A stretch of 64,000 nucleotides of DNA from Candidatus Omnitrophota bacterium (GTDB lineage Bacteria > Omnitrophota > Gorgyraeia > Aquiviventales > Aquiviventaceae). How positions within the stretch are numbered: the first letter of the stretch is position 1; each line of letters begins with the position of its first letter. Positions 1-9,300 of this stretch are shown piece by piece. The notes beneath the pieces were generated by a model that had not been told where the DNA came from, ran no database searches, and saw only the letters and a list, made by a program, of their open reading frames with translations. The translations under genes were made by a program, and so were the position numbers. Location of the stretch: assembly GCA_016180575.1 (NCBI GenBank), contig JACPAY010000003.1, forward strand, positions 42,154 to 106,153, in the 5' to 3' direction.

Positions 1-185
1 TTCTGGCGGGCGAGGGAAGGCAACTGGGGCAGGCTGATGAGCACGGCGACGCCGGTCTTGGCGATGAGAAACGGCAGGCGGAGGACGGTGAGGGCGCTCT
101 GTCGAAGCGGATCGAGAAAGATGAGGGCCGCCCCCACAAGGACGGCGCTCACGAGCCTCGCGCGGGGCAGATGGCGAGCGAACAT
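1..185 (-). CDS. mreC: Rod shape-determining protein MreC, N-terminal fragment (gene runs off the left edge)
   Basis: Own reverse-strand translation from ATG 185..183: MFARHLPRARLVSAVLVGAALIFLDPLRQSALTVLRLPFLIAKTGVAVLISLPQLPSLARQ. It has one N-terminal hydrophobic anchor and high GC3. AAGAGG lies just upstream. It sits directly downstream of mreB, the canonical mreBC order. It is absent from the ORF track because it is truncated. Confidence 0.5.
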   Translation of the reverse strand, partial: MFARHLPRARLVSAVLVGAALIFLDPLRQSALTVLRLPFLIAKTGVAVLISLPQLPSLARQ

Positions 186-192
186 GCCTCTT

Positions 193-248
193 CCGGTATC
201 AGATACCGGTATCAAACACGGAGTCGGTCGGCCGGTATCTGATACCGG
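193..248. promoter_or_regulatory. Pair of 17-bp perfect palindromes in the mreB-mreC gap (CCGGTATCAGATACCGG 193-209; CCGGTATCTGATACCGG 232-248)
   Basis: Read directly. The two boxes are reverse complements of each other and each is self-complementary. The same pair recurs at 26602-26642 and 32112-32152. Confidence 0.6.
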
Positions 249-250
249 GA

Positions 251-1333
251 CTACAGCTCGGCCCGGGTCGAAACGGCGATCCGGCTGCGGAGGTACCGGA
301 TGTTGTCGAGCCCCTTCCCCACCCCGAGCACCACCGCGGTCATGGGGCTGTCCGCGATGTGGACCGGCAGGCTGGTTTCTTCGGCGAGCAGCTTGTCCAG
401 CCCCCGCAGGAGCGAGCCGCCGCCTGCGAGCACGATCCCCCGGTCGATGAGGTCGGCCGAGAGCTCCGGCGGGGTCTTCTCCAGCGTTGAGCGGGCCGCG
501 TCCACGATGGCGCGGATCGGCTCGGAGAGCGCCTCGCGGACCTCCTCCGAGGTGATGGTCACGGTCTTGGGCAGGCCGGTCACCATGTCGCGGCCGCGCA
601 CCTCCATGGTGAGCTCCTCGTCCAGGGGGTAGGCCGAGCCGATGCGGATCTTGATCTCCTCGGCGGTCCGCTCGCCGATCATGAGGTTGTAGGCCTTGCG
701 GAGGTGCTCGATGACCGCCTGGTCCATCTCATCGCCCGCGATCCGGATGGAGCGCGAGACCACGATGCCGTCGAGGGAGATCACCGCCATCTCGGTCGTC
801 CCCCCGCCGATGTCGATGATCATGTTCCCGCCCGGCTCATGGATGGGCAGGCCGACCCCGATCGCCGCCGCCTTCGGCTCCTCGACGAGGAAGACCTCGC
901 GGGCGCCGGCACGCAGCGCCGAATCCCGCACCGCCCGCTTCTCCACCTCGGTGATGCCGGAGGGGATCGCGATGACGACGAGCGGCTTGTTGAGCTTCCG
1001 CGGCTGGACCTTCTTGATGAAGTAGCGGAGCATCGCCTCGGTGATCTCAAAATCCGCGATGACCCCGTCCTTCATCGGCCGGATGGCGGAGATGTTGCCG
1101 GGCGTTCGGCCGATCATGCGCTTGGCCTCGTTGCCCACCGCCAGCACCTGGGAGGAGCCCCGCTGGATGGCGACCACGGACGGCTCGCAGAGGACGGTCC
1201 CCCGCCCCTTGACGAACACGAGGCTGTTGGCGGTGCCAAGATCAATCGCGATGTCATTCGAAAACAGGCCGAGCACGAACTGGGAGAAGGTCCGGAGCGC
1301 GTCCGTCAGACGTGGGGGGAGGGGTGTCGGCAT
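251..1333 (-). CDS. mreB: Rod shape-determining actin homologue MreB
   Basis: 360-aa ORF with actin-fold motifs typical of MreB: [39 protein letters not shown] and [24 protein letters not shown]. It is followed by mreC. Confidence 0.97.
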   Translation of the reverse strand: MPTPLPPRLTDALRTFSQFVLGLFSNDIAIDLGTANSLVFVKGRGTVLCEPSVVAIQRGSSQVLAVGNEAKRMIGRTPGNISAIRPMKDGVIADFEITEAMLRYFIKKVQPRKLNKPLVVIAIPSGITEVEKRAVRDSALRAGAREVFLVEEPKAAAIGVGLPIHEPGGNMIIDIGGGTTEMAVISLDGIVVSRSIRIAGDEMDQAVIEHLRKAYNLMIGERTAEEIKIRIGSAYPLDEELTMEVRGRDMVTGLPKTVTITSEEVREALSEPIRAIVDAARSTLEKTPPELSADLIDRGIVLAGGGSLLRGLDKLLAEETSLPVHIADSPMTAVVLGVGKGLDNIRYLRSRIAVSTRAEL

Positions 1334-1360
1334 GCAGGTGCGCCCATCGTAACAAAGGGG

Positions 1361-2683
1361 TTATCCCTTGTCAACCGTTTTCACCGTCGGGGAACCGGCC
1401 GCGCGCCGCAGGACGTCGAAGAATTCCGGAAAGGATTTGGAGACGCACTCGACCCCCCGGACGGTCGTGGCCCCCTCCGCCACCAGCCCGGCGACCGCCA
1501 GGCTCATGGCGGTGCGGTGGTCGCCGGCGCTGTCCACCGGGGCTCCGCGCAGCCGTCCGCCTTCGATCTCCACGCCCTCCGCCGCGTTCAGGCGGATGCG
1601 CGCGCCCAGGCGCCCGAGCGCCTCGACCATGGAGCGGACGCGATCCGTCTCCTTGACGCGCAGCTCCCCCAGGCCCTGCAGGCGGGTGGTCCCCCGGGCG
1701 CAGGCGGCGGCCACCATCAGGATGGGCAGCTCGTCAATGAGGCCCGGCACATCCGCCGCCTCGAGGGCCAGGCCCCGCAGCGGGCCTGCCTCGAGCTCCA
1801 CCGTCCCCCGGGGCTCCCACGACGCCTCGACCGCGGTCCAGCGCACCGCGGCCCCCATGCGCTGGAGGACCTCCAGCAGGCGGATGCGGGTGGGGTTGAG
1901 CCCCACGCCCTGGAGCGTCACCTGCGAACCCGGCACGCAGGCCGCCGCGACGAGCAGGAACGCCGCGCTGGAGAAGTCCCCTGGCAGGACCAGGGGGCCT
2001 GGGGCGCGCAGCGGTCCGGGCTCGACGGTCACAGCAGCCCCCTCCTGGCGCACGCGGACGCCCAAGCGGCGCAGCATCCGCTCGGTGTGGTCGCGGGTCG
2101 CCTGCGGCTCGATCACCGTCGTCGGGCCATCCGCCCATATCCCCGCCAGGAGGACGGCCGACTTGACCTGGGCGCTGGCCACGGGCAGCTCGTAGCGAAG
2201 GGCCTTGAGCGGACGGCGCCCGTGCACGATGAGCGGGGGGCACAGCTCGCCCGCGTCGGCCGATGCCGCCTCGATCCGCGCGCCCATCCGGGTGAGCGGC
2301 TCGATGATCCGCCGCATGGGCCGCCGGCTCAAGGAGGGGCCGGCGGTGAGCCGCGCAGCAAACGGCTGGCCGGCGAGCAGGCCGGCAGCGAGGCGCAGCG
2401 TCGTTCCGGACTCGCCGCAGGAGAGGTTCGCTTGCGGCTCGCGCAGCCCCGCCTCTCCCACGCCGCGGATCCGGACCGCCTCGGGCGAGACGGCGACCGA
2501 CGCCCCGAGCTGCTGAACCAGGTGGAGGGTCCGTTGGCAGTCATCCGCCGATGGCCAGGGACGGATGTCCGTCTCGCCCTCCGCCGCCGCCGCGAGGAGC
2601 ACGGCCCGGTGGCAGATCGCCTTATCGGGAGGGACGGTCAGGGTCCCGCGGAGCGGCTGGGCTGGAGTGACGATGGCGTCCAT
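1361..2683 (-). CDS. aroA: 3-phosphoshikimate 1-carboxyvinyltransferase (EPSP synthase)
   Basis: Contains LRGTLTVPPDKAICHRAVLLAAAAEG, CGESGTTLRLAAGLLAG and DHRTAMSLAVAGLVAEG. ATG at 2683 is preferred over the track start at 2728, because family N-termini begin just before the PxDK motif and a hairpin+T-run occupies 2688-2709. Confidence 0.93.
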   Translation of the reverse strand: MDAIVTPAQPLRGTLTVPPDKAICHRAVLLAAAAEGETDIRPWPSADDCQRTLHLVQQLGASVAVSPEAVRIRGVGEAGLREPQANLSCGESGTTLRLAAGLLAGQPFAARLTAGPSLSRRPMRRIIEPLTRMGARIEAASADAGELCPPLIVHGRRPLKALRYELPVASAQVKSAVLLAGIWADGPTTVIEPQATRDHTERMLRRLGVRVRQEGAAVTVEPGPLRAPGPLVLPGDFSSAAFLLVAAACVPGSQVTLQGVGLNPTRIRLLEVLQRMGAAVRWTAVEASWEPRGTVELEAGPLRGLALEAADVPGLIDELPILMVAAACARGTTRLQGLGELRVKETDRVRSMVEALGRLGARIRLNAAEGVEIEGGRLRGAPVDSAGDHRTAMSLAVAGLVAEGATTVRGVECVSKSFPEFFDVLRRAAGSPTVKTVDKG

Positions 2684-2687
2684 AGAG

Positions 2688-2709
2688 AGAAAAACCCCCT
2701 CGCGGGGGT
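2688..2709 (-). terminator. Candidate intrinsic terminator between the coiled-coil gene and aroA
   Basis: Minus-strand RNA reads CCCCC-GCGA-GGGGG followed by UUUUUCUCUCU: a 5-bp GC stem, a GNRA-type tetraloop and a U-run. It sits in the 2684-2772 gap. Confidence 0.45.
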
Positions 2710-2772
2710 GTGCGACACAACGACTCACGTCCGCCGGGGCGGCGGGGGCTTGCGCGTTCGCCGCGCCGGGCG

Positions 2773-3543
2773 CTAGAGGGGCCTGACGACGTCCCCCTCC
2801 CGGATGGCGTTTTTCTTCGACTCCGGCAGCAGCGCCGCTGCGGAGAGCTCGTCGTAGACCTTCTCCACCTTCGCCCGGCCGAGCACTTCGCTGCCGCGGA
2901 CAATCTGAAACTCCTGGCCGACCGCGAGGCCGTGGTTCCGGCCGAGGTTCATCACGATGAAATCGAACTCCCGGTTGATGACCACCACCTGCCCATCCGC
3001 CGACGGCACGGAGGTGGGTAGCGTGATTGCCTGGTCGCCCTTCACCAGCACCTTGTCCAGCTCAACCAGCGGCTGTTGTCCCGAGAGCTCCATCACCTTG
3101 GATTCCAAGTCCGCCTTCGCTTTCTCGAGATCCGCCAGCCGTTTGCGGTCGGACTGGAGCTGATCCGCGATCTGCTTGGAGTCGGCGCTGGCTTGCTCCA
3201 GGTCCTTGGCCAGGCGGGCGATCTCCTTCTCGCGGTCCTCGATGGAGCGGCTCAGCTCCTCCCGGGCCTTCACGGCGGATGCCAGCTCATCCTGCGCCTG
3301 CGCCAGCGTTTTCTTCGCCGTGGCCAGCTGCTCTTCGGCGCGGGTCTTGCTCTGCCGGGCGTCTTCCAGCTTCACCTTCAGGTCGTCGTTCTCCGCCAGC
3401 GCCAGCTGGAGCTCGCGCTCCCTCGCCAGCCGCTTGTCGCGCTCCTGGATCTGCAGGACAATGGCGACCGCCGAGACCCCCATGGCCAACGCGGCCAGCG
3501 CCCCGAGCAAGGGCACGAGCGCTTTTCCACTTCTCCTCTGCAT
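2773..3543 (-). CDS. Membrane-anchored coiled-coil protein with small C-terminal beta-rich domain (function unknown)
   Basis: N-terminal anchor ALVPLLGALAALAMGVSAVAIVL, then ~170 aa of heptad-like E/K/L/A/Q sequence. The C-terminus reads VVVINREFDFIVMNLGRNHGLAVGQEFQIVRGSEVLGRAKVEKV. ATG 3543 has GGAGG 8 nt upstream. It has the same architecture as 22949..23890. Confidence 0.6.
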   Translation of the reverse strand: MQRRSGKALVPLLGALAALAMGVSAVAIVLQIQERDKRLARERELQLALAENDDLKVKLEDARQSKTRAEEQLATAKKTLAQAQDELASAVKAREELSRSIEDREKEIARLAKDLEQASADSKQIADQLQSDRKRLADLEKAKADLESKVMELSGQQPLVELDKVLVKGDQAITLPTSVPSADGQVVVINREFDFIVMNLGRNHGLAVGQEFQIVRGSEVLGRAKVEKVYDELSAAALLPESKKNAIREGDVVRPL

Positions 3544-3583
3544 GCCGTCGCCCTCCATCAGTTGTGCTGAATGTAGCACAGCC

Positions 3584-4450
<867 letters not shown>

Positions 4451-5650
4451 TCATGTGATGACATCGGCTAGTGCGTCAATGAGCATATCGATATGCGCAT
4501 CGGTGTGGAGCGCCGTGACGCTCAGGCGCAGCCGGGCCGTGCCCTCCGGCACGGTCGGAGGGCGGATGGCCGGCGCCCAACAGCCCCGGTCCCAGAGCCG
4601 ACGGGCGACCTCGACCGCCCGTTCCGCTTCGCCCAGGATGAGCGGGAGGATGTGGGACGCTGTCCGATCGGCCGCGCCGGGCAGCCGCAGGCTCGCCAGC
4701 CGCTCCTGCAGCCGCGCCGCCTGGCGGCGCAGGACCTCGCGCCGCGCCGGCTCCTCCGCGAGCACGCGCAGGGCCGCGGCCGCGGCGGCCGCCACGGGCA
4801 CGGCAAGCGCCGTGGTATAGAGGAAGGCCCCCGCGCGGCTGTGCAGGTAGTCGATCAGGGGACTCGGCCCGGCGACGAACCCGCCTTGAGCGCCCAGGCC
4901 CTTGCCGAGCGTCGCCATATAGAGGAAGCGCTCATGGGGCACGCCCGCCGCCTCGGGCGTGCCGCGCCCGGTCGCGCCTGTGACGAACGCGCCATGGGCG
5001 TCATCCAGATAGAGGAGTGTGTCGTGGGAATCGGCCAGCTCCGCGAGCCCGGCCAGCGGGCAGGCATCCCCCTCCATGCTGAAGATCCCCTCGGTCACCA
5101 CCAGGCGGCGCCGCGCCCCGCCCGCGCGCGAGAGGAGCATGGCCAGGTGCGAGAGGTCGTTGTGGCGAAAGACGCGGAGGGTGGCCGGCGTGCGCCGGAC
5201 GGCATCGATCAGGCTTGCGTGCGCCAGGCGATCGACGAAGGCCACGTCGCGGGATGAGAGCAGGGCGCCGAGCGTGCCGAGGTTGGCCAGGTAGCCGCTG
5301 GGATAGACGATGGCGGCGTCCGTCGCGAACCATGCCGCCAGCGCCTCTTCCAGGCGGGCGTGCCACCGGGTCGAGCCGGCGAGCAGCCGCGAGGCGCGGG
5401 CGCCCACCCCCCAGTCGCGCGCAGCCGAGGCGGCGGCCTCGGCCAGCGCCGGATGGGCCGAGAGACCCAGGTAGTCGTTGGAGCACCAACTGATGAGCCG
5501 GCGGCCGCCGATCTCCACCCACGGGCCGTCGATCCGGTCCACCACCGTGAGGCGGCGGCGCAGCGCCCGGTCGTCAAGCGCCCGGAGCTCCTCAGAGAGC
5601 TCCTCCAGGAGCCGCGCCTGCGCCGAGGGGAGCGTGGAGGCGGATAACAC
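4451..5650 (-). CDS. bioF: 8-amino-7-oxononanoate synthase
   Basis: Contains WCSNDYLGLSAHPAL and the PLP-lysine context ATLGKGLGAQGGFVAG, at AONS-like length. The GTG start at 5650 abuts the upstream stop (TAGGTG). Confidence 0.92.
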   Translation of the reverse strand: MLSASTLPSAQARLLEELSEELRALDDRALRRRLTVVDRIDGPWVEIGGRRLISWCSNDYLGLSAHPALAEAAASAARDWGVGARASRLLAGSTRWHARLEEALAAWFATDAAIVYPSGYLANLGTLGALLSSRDVAFVDRLAHASLIDAVRRTPATLRVFRHNDLSHLAMLLSRAGGARRRLVVTEGIFSMEGDACPLAGLAELADSHDTLLYLDDAHGAFVTGATGRGTPEAAGVPHERFLYMATLGKGLGAQGGFVAGPSPLIDYLHSRAGAFLYTTALAVPVAAAAAAALRVLAEEPARREVLRRQAARLQERLASLRLPGAADRTASHILPLILGEAERAVEVARRLWDRGCWAPAIRPPTVPEGTARLRLSVTALHTDAHIDMLIDALADVIT

Positions 5651-6703
5651 CTAGCGGACCACCATGGGCAGGAACTCGGTCGAGCCGAACACGCCGAAGA
5701 GGCCGCGCGCCTTGAGCCACAGGCCGCGCTTCAGATACCCCAGCGCCGGCCCGATGACGTTCGCGGCCATCGTCGTCTCATCCCCAAGGATGAAGGTGTG
5801 GCTCGCTCGCTTGCCATCGAACGTCCGTCCGGTGAGGGTCATGGTGGTTGAGACGGGCTTCTTCGGATGGCGGGTGTCCATGATCCCGCCGACCTCGACC
5901 TGCTCGCGGCGCTCCACCACGCCGACGCGCTCAAGCAGCAGGTCGTCCGCGTGCTCCATGCGGCGCAGCTCAAGCAGGCCGTTGGTCCGGGCGAGGAGCG
6001 CCTCGACCTCGGCGTCGCTCATCGCCTTGGCGCGCTCCACCGTGTAGCCGGGCAGATGCGCGATGTCCTCGCGGATGGTCGCCTTGTACGCCTCCCAGTT
6101 GGCGATCCCCACCCCCCACCAGATCGCCACCTGCTCGACCTCGATGAACGACTGGGCCGCCAGCACCGCCGCGGCCGCCAGGATCCCCGGCGTCGCGCCG
6201 CAGCCGGTCATGACGACGCTGCGGGCGCGCTTCACGAGGGGATCGAGCGCGAAGAGCTGTTCCACGGCGCGGGTGCGCTTCAGGACGTCCACGAAGACGA
6301 GCGACGAGCCCGCCGCCGCGAAGCGCTCGATCACGCCCGGGATGAACTCGTTGGGCAGATTGGGCAGCGCCACGAGGACGGCATCGAGCGCGGGCGCCAT
6401 CGCCAGGATCTCCCCGATCGGATCCTCGCAATGACGTGCCTCGATCGCCGTCAGGGTGGTCACGCCGCCGGCGCCGTCCTCCCCTGGCCCGGCCTCCTGC
6501 AGGCTCCGGCAACCCTCCACGAGATCGCCGGACACCCCCGCGATCAGCTCGCCGGGCAATCCCGCCTCAGCGCGCACGAGGCCCCGGCTGTCGCAGATGG
6601 CCTGCAGGGACAGTTCCCGCTTCATGCCGATGATCCGGGCGGCGGCCTTCCCGAGCCCGCCAGCCCCCAGCACCGCCACTCTCACCCGCGCCTCATCAGG
6701 CAT
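5651..6703 (-). CDS. NAD(P)-binding Rossmann-fold oxidoreductase (saccharopine/diaminopimelate-dehydrogenase-like), co-operonic with bioF-bioD
   Basis: VRVAVLGAGGLGKAAARIIG is a GxGGxG dinucleotide fold. ATG 6703 has GAGGAGG ~11 nt upstream. The stop abuts the bioF start. Confidence 0.75.
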   Translation of the reverse strand: MPDEARVRVAVLGAGGLGKAAARIIGMKRELSLQAICDSRGLVRAEAGLPGELIAGVSGDLVEGCRSLQEAGPGEDGAGGVTTLTAIEARHCEDPIGEILAMAPALDAVLVALPNLPNEFIPGVIERFAAAGSSLVFVDVLKRTRAVEQLFALDPLVKRARSVVMTGCGATPGILAAAAVLAAQSFIEVEQVAIWWGVGIANWEAYKATIREDIAHLPGYTVERAKAMSDAEVEALLARTNGLLELRRMEHADDLLLERVGVVERREQVEVGGIMDTRHPKKPVSTTMTLTGRTFDGKRASHTFILGDETTMAANVIGPALGYLKRGLWLKARGLFGVFGSTEFLPMVVR

Positions 6704-6719
6704 CGCGTTCAACGCCTCC

Positions 6720-7727
6720 TCAACGGTCGAGCCACGTCTGCTGGCAGGACCCCCGCTCGATGAGCTCCGTCGGCAGCAGCAGCTTCGTGGGGTGGCGGGG
6801 CTTGCTGTTGATCTGCTGAAAGAGCAGCTCCAGGCCCCGGCGGCCCATCTCGCTCAGCGGCTGGCGGACGGTGGTCAGCGGCACGCGGGCGGTCGCGGCG
6901 CTGGGGATGTCGTCGAAGCCGACGATGGAGAGCTCCTCGGGGACCCGGAGCCGCTTCTCGAGGGCGACGTTGATGGTCTCCAGCGCCATGTCATCGCTGG
7001 CCACGAAAATCGCCGTCGGCCGCTCCTTCAGGGCGAGCAGCGCTTCGGCGGCCGCCCGCGCGCTCGGCAGCCCGAAATCGCCGAACCGGACATACTCGTC
7101 CCTCACCGGCAGCTGCCGGGCCTTCATCGCCTTCATGAAGCCGTCGAGGCGGTCGAGCCCGGCCTGCACCTTGAGGTCGCCGGTGATCGTGGCAATGTCC
7201 CGGTGGCCGAGGCGGACCAGATACGCGACCACGTGCTCGGCCGCGGTCCGGTTGTCGATCGCCACGCAGGTCACCGGCAGCTCCTCGAGATAGTGGTTGA
7301 GGACGACCACGGGCAGCCGGTCATCCACGATGCGGTCCAGGAGCTCCTCGCAGCCGAAGAGGTCCGCGAAGATCACCCCATTCACCGACGGGGGGAGGTC
7401 GGACGCCTTGCCGTTGGCGACGTGGAGCAGCAGGTCGCATCGCAGGCGCTCCGCGGCGATCCCGCATCCCTTGACGACCTGCAGCGCATAGTGGGAATGG
7501 AAGATGCCCTCGAAGCGGGGGATGATGAGGCCGAGGGTCGGCTTCGCCTTCCCGGAGGCCAGCCGCTGGGCGCTGGGGTTGGGCCGGTAGCCCAGCTGCC
7601 TGATCGCCGACTGGACGCGGCGCTGGTTTTCCGCCGAGACGGTGGGCACGCGGTTGATGACCCGCGAGACCGTCGTGGTGGAAACCCTGGCGGCCTTGGC
7701 GACGTGTGCGATGTCCACTTTCTTCAT
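6720..7727 (-). CDS. LacI-family transcriptional regulator
   Basis: N-terminal HTH MKKVDIAHVAKAARVSTTTVSRVINRVPTVSAENQRRVQSAIRQLGYRPNPSAQ, followed by a periplasmic-binding-protein-like sugar-binding body. Confidence 0.9.
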   Translation of the reverse strand: MKKVDIAHVAKAARVSTTTVSRVINRVPTVSAENQRRVQSAIRQLGYRPNPSAQRLASGKAKPTLGLIIPRFEGIFHSHYALQVVKGCGIAAERLRCDLLLHVANGKASDLPPSVNGVIFADLFGCEELLDRIVDDRLPVVVLNHYLEELPVTCVAIDNRTAAEHVVAYLVRLGHRDIATITGDLKVQAGLDRLDGFMKAMKARQLPVRDEYVRFGDFGLPSARAAAEALLALKERPTAIFVASDDMALETINVALEKRLRVPEELSIVGFDDIPSAATARVPLTTVRQPLSEMGRRGLELLFQQINSKPRHPTKLLLPTELIERGSCQQTWLDR

Positions 7728-7755
7728 GATGTTCGAGCGCGGCCTGGCGACCCGG

Positions 7756-9300
7756 CTAGAACGCCGCGGGGGCGTCGCTCGCGAGCCGGTCGCCGGCGGG
7801 ATTGATCAGCTGGGCGGTCACGAAGATCAGGAGATTGGAACGCTCGGCGCTGTCGTCCTCCTTGCGGAACAGCTTGCCGAGGAGCGGGACGTCTCCCAGG
7901 ACCGGCACCTTGGTCACCGTCTTGGACGTCGTGTCCTTCATGAGGCCGCCCAGGACGACCGTCTCGCCGTTCTCGATCACGACGCTCGTCTCGAGGTTCC
8001 GGGTGGTGAACCGGGGCAGGCTGACCTCGCCGCCGAAGGAGTCGCTGGTCTTCTGCTCGCTGACCTCCGGCTTGAGCGCCAGGGTGATCGTCCGCTGGTC
8101 CTGGCCGATGCTGGGCGTGACGTTCAGCAGGATGCCGAGGTCCTTCGTCACGAAGTCCTGCGGCACGTTCACGAACCGCGTCTCGGCTGTCCCGCTCACG
8201 GTGTCGAGGAAGTCGCCGTCGCTGTTGAGGTCCTTCCGGGTGACTGAGGCCTCGTACTGCGTGGCGTAGACGAACTCAGTGACCACCTTGATGGTGGCGG
8301 TCTGGTTGTTTAGGGTCGTCACGCGCGGGGCGGAGAGCGTCTTGGTCTTTTTGTTCTGGGCCAAGGCGTGGAGGACCGCCTGGTACTGGGTGCCGGTCAG
8401 GATGCCCTGGAAGGTCAGGTTCAGGGCGTTGCCGGAGGTCTGGTTCGTGAAGTCGGTGAACGCGGTCTTGGTCCCGCGCGCGAGCGACGTGCCCGTCTTG
8501 GAGAGCTGTAAGGCCGCCCCGCGCGTGCCGTCCTTGCCGGTCTTCGTGAGGAGTGTCGCATCGCCCGTCAGCGCGGCGTCGAACCCCCACTCCTTCGTAT
8601 CCGTGAAGGTGACCTCGATGAACCGCGCCTCGATGAGCACCTGCGACGGCGTCACGTCCAGCGCCGTCAGGAGCTGCTCGATCTGCTGGAGGTAGTAGGG
8701 CGCATGCGTCACGAGGAGCGAGCCGCTGCGCTCATCGAGCTGCATGGAGCTGTCGCCGAGCTGAGGGACGACCTCGTCCAGGACATCCTTGATGGTCGTC
8801 AGCTCCCGCAGGCTCGTGGCCTGGAGCGCCACGCTCTCGCGGGTTTCCGAGATCGGCTCAAACGTCGCGAAGAGCCCCGGCCCCTTGGCGAGGGAAAAGA
8901 GCCGGGTCTCCATCGGCTCCTCCTCCATCTCGTCGCGGGTCGCCACCCAGATCGCCTGCTCGTCAAACCGGTACAGGAGCCCCTGGCCCCTGAGCAGGTA
9001 CTCCAGGACCCGGATGAACGGCACGTCCACGAGGTGGACCGTGACCGGGCGGCCGAGCTCGGCCGCCTTCTCCGACACGATGACGTTGACGTCGGCGCCT
9101 TCGGCGAGGAACTGCATCGCCGCGGCGAAATCCAGCTCCTCGAAATCGGCCGTGATGGGCTGGCTCATCGCCTCGACCAGCGCGGGCGGCACCGCCCGGC
9201 TGGCCCCCTCGAGGCTCGCCAGCACATGCTCCGCCGCCGCGGCGCTCAGCGGCCCGGCCGCGAGGAGTGCCACGGCCAACAGCAGGGCGCGGGCGCTCAT
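7756..9300 (-). CDS. Secretin (GspD/PilQ family), distal copy
   Basis: Signal peptide MSARALLLAVALLAAGPLSAAAA. Secretin core: KTKTLSAPRVTTLNNQTATIKV ... VVLGGLMKDTTSKTVTKVPVLGDVPLLGKLFRKEDDSAERSNLLIFVTAQLI. Confidence 0.9.
   Translation of the reverse strand: MSARALLLAVALLAAGPLSAAAAEHVLASLEGASRAVPPALVEAMSQPITADFEELDFAAAMQFLAEGADVNVIVSEKAAELGRPVTVHLVDVPFIRVLEYLLRGQGLLYRFDEQAIWVATRDEMEEEPMETRLFSLAKGPGLFATFEPISETRESVALQATSLRELTTIKDVLDEVVPQLGDSSMQLDERSGSLLVTHAPYYLQQIEQLLTALDVTPSQVLIEARFIEVTFTDTKEWGFDAALTGDATLLTKTGKDGTRGAALQLSKTGTSLARGTKTAFTDFTNQTSGNALNLTFQGILTGTQYQAVLHALAQNKKTKTLSAPRVTTLNNQTATIKVVTEFVYATQYEASVTRKDLNSDGDFLDTVSGTAETRFVNVPQDFVTKDLGILLNVTPSIGQDQRTITLALKPEVSEQKTSDSFGGEVSLPRFTTRNLETSVVIENGETVVLGGLMKDTTSKTVTKVPVLGDVPLLGKLFRKEDDSAERSNLLIFVTAQLINPAGDRLASDAPAAF

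Noticed and set aside
2773-3543. Naming the coiled-coil proteins (2773..3543, 22949..23890, 11479..13203) as RodZ, MreC-like, FimV or TsaP
   Set aside because: Only the generic anchor plus coiled-coil architecture is visible. No family-specific motif could be identified by eye.
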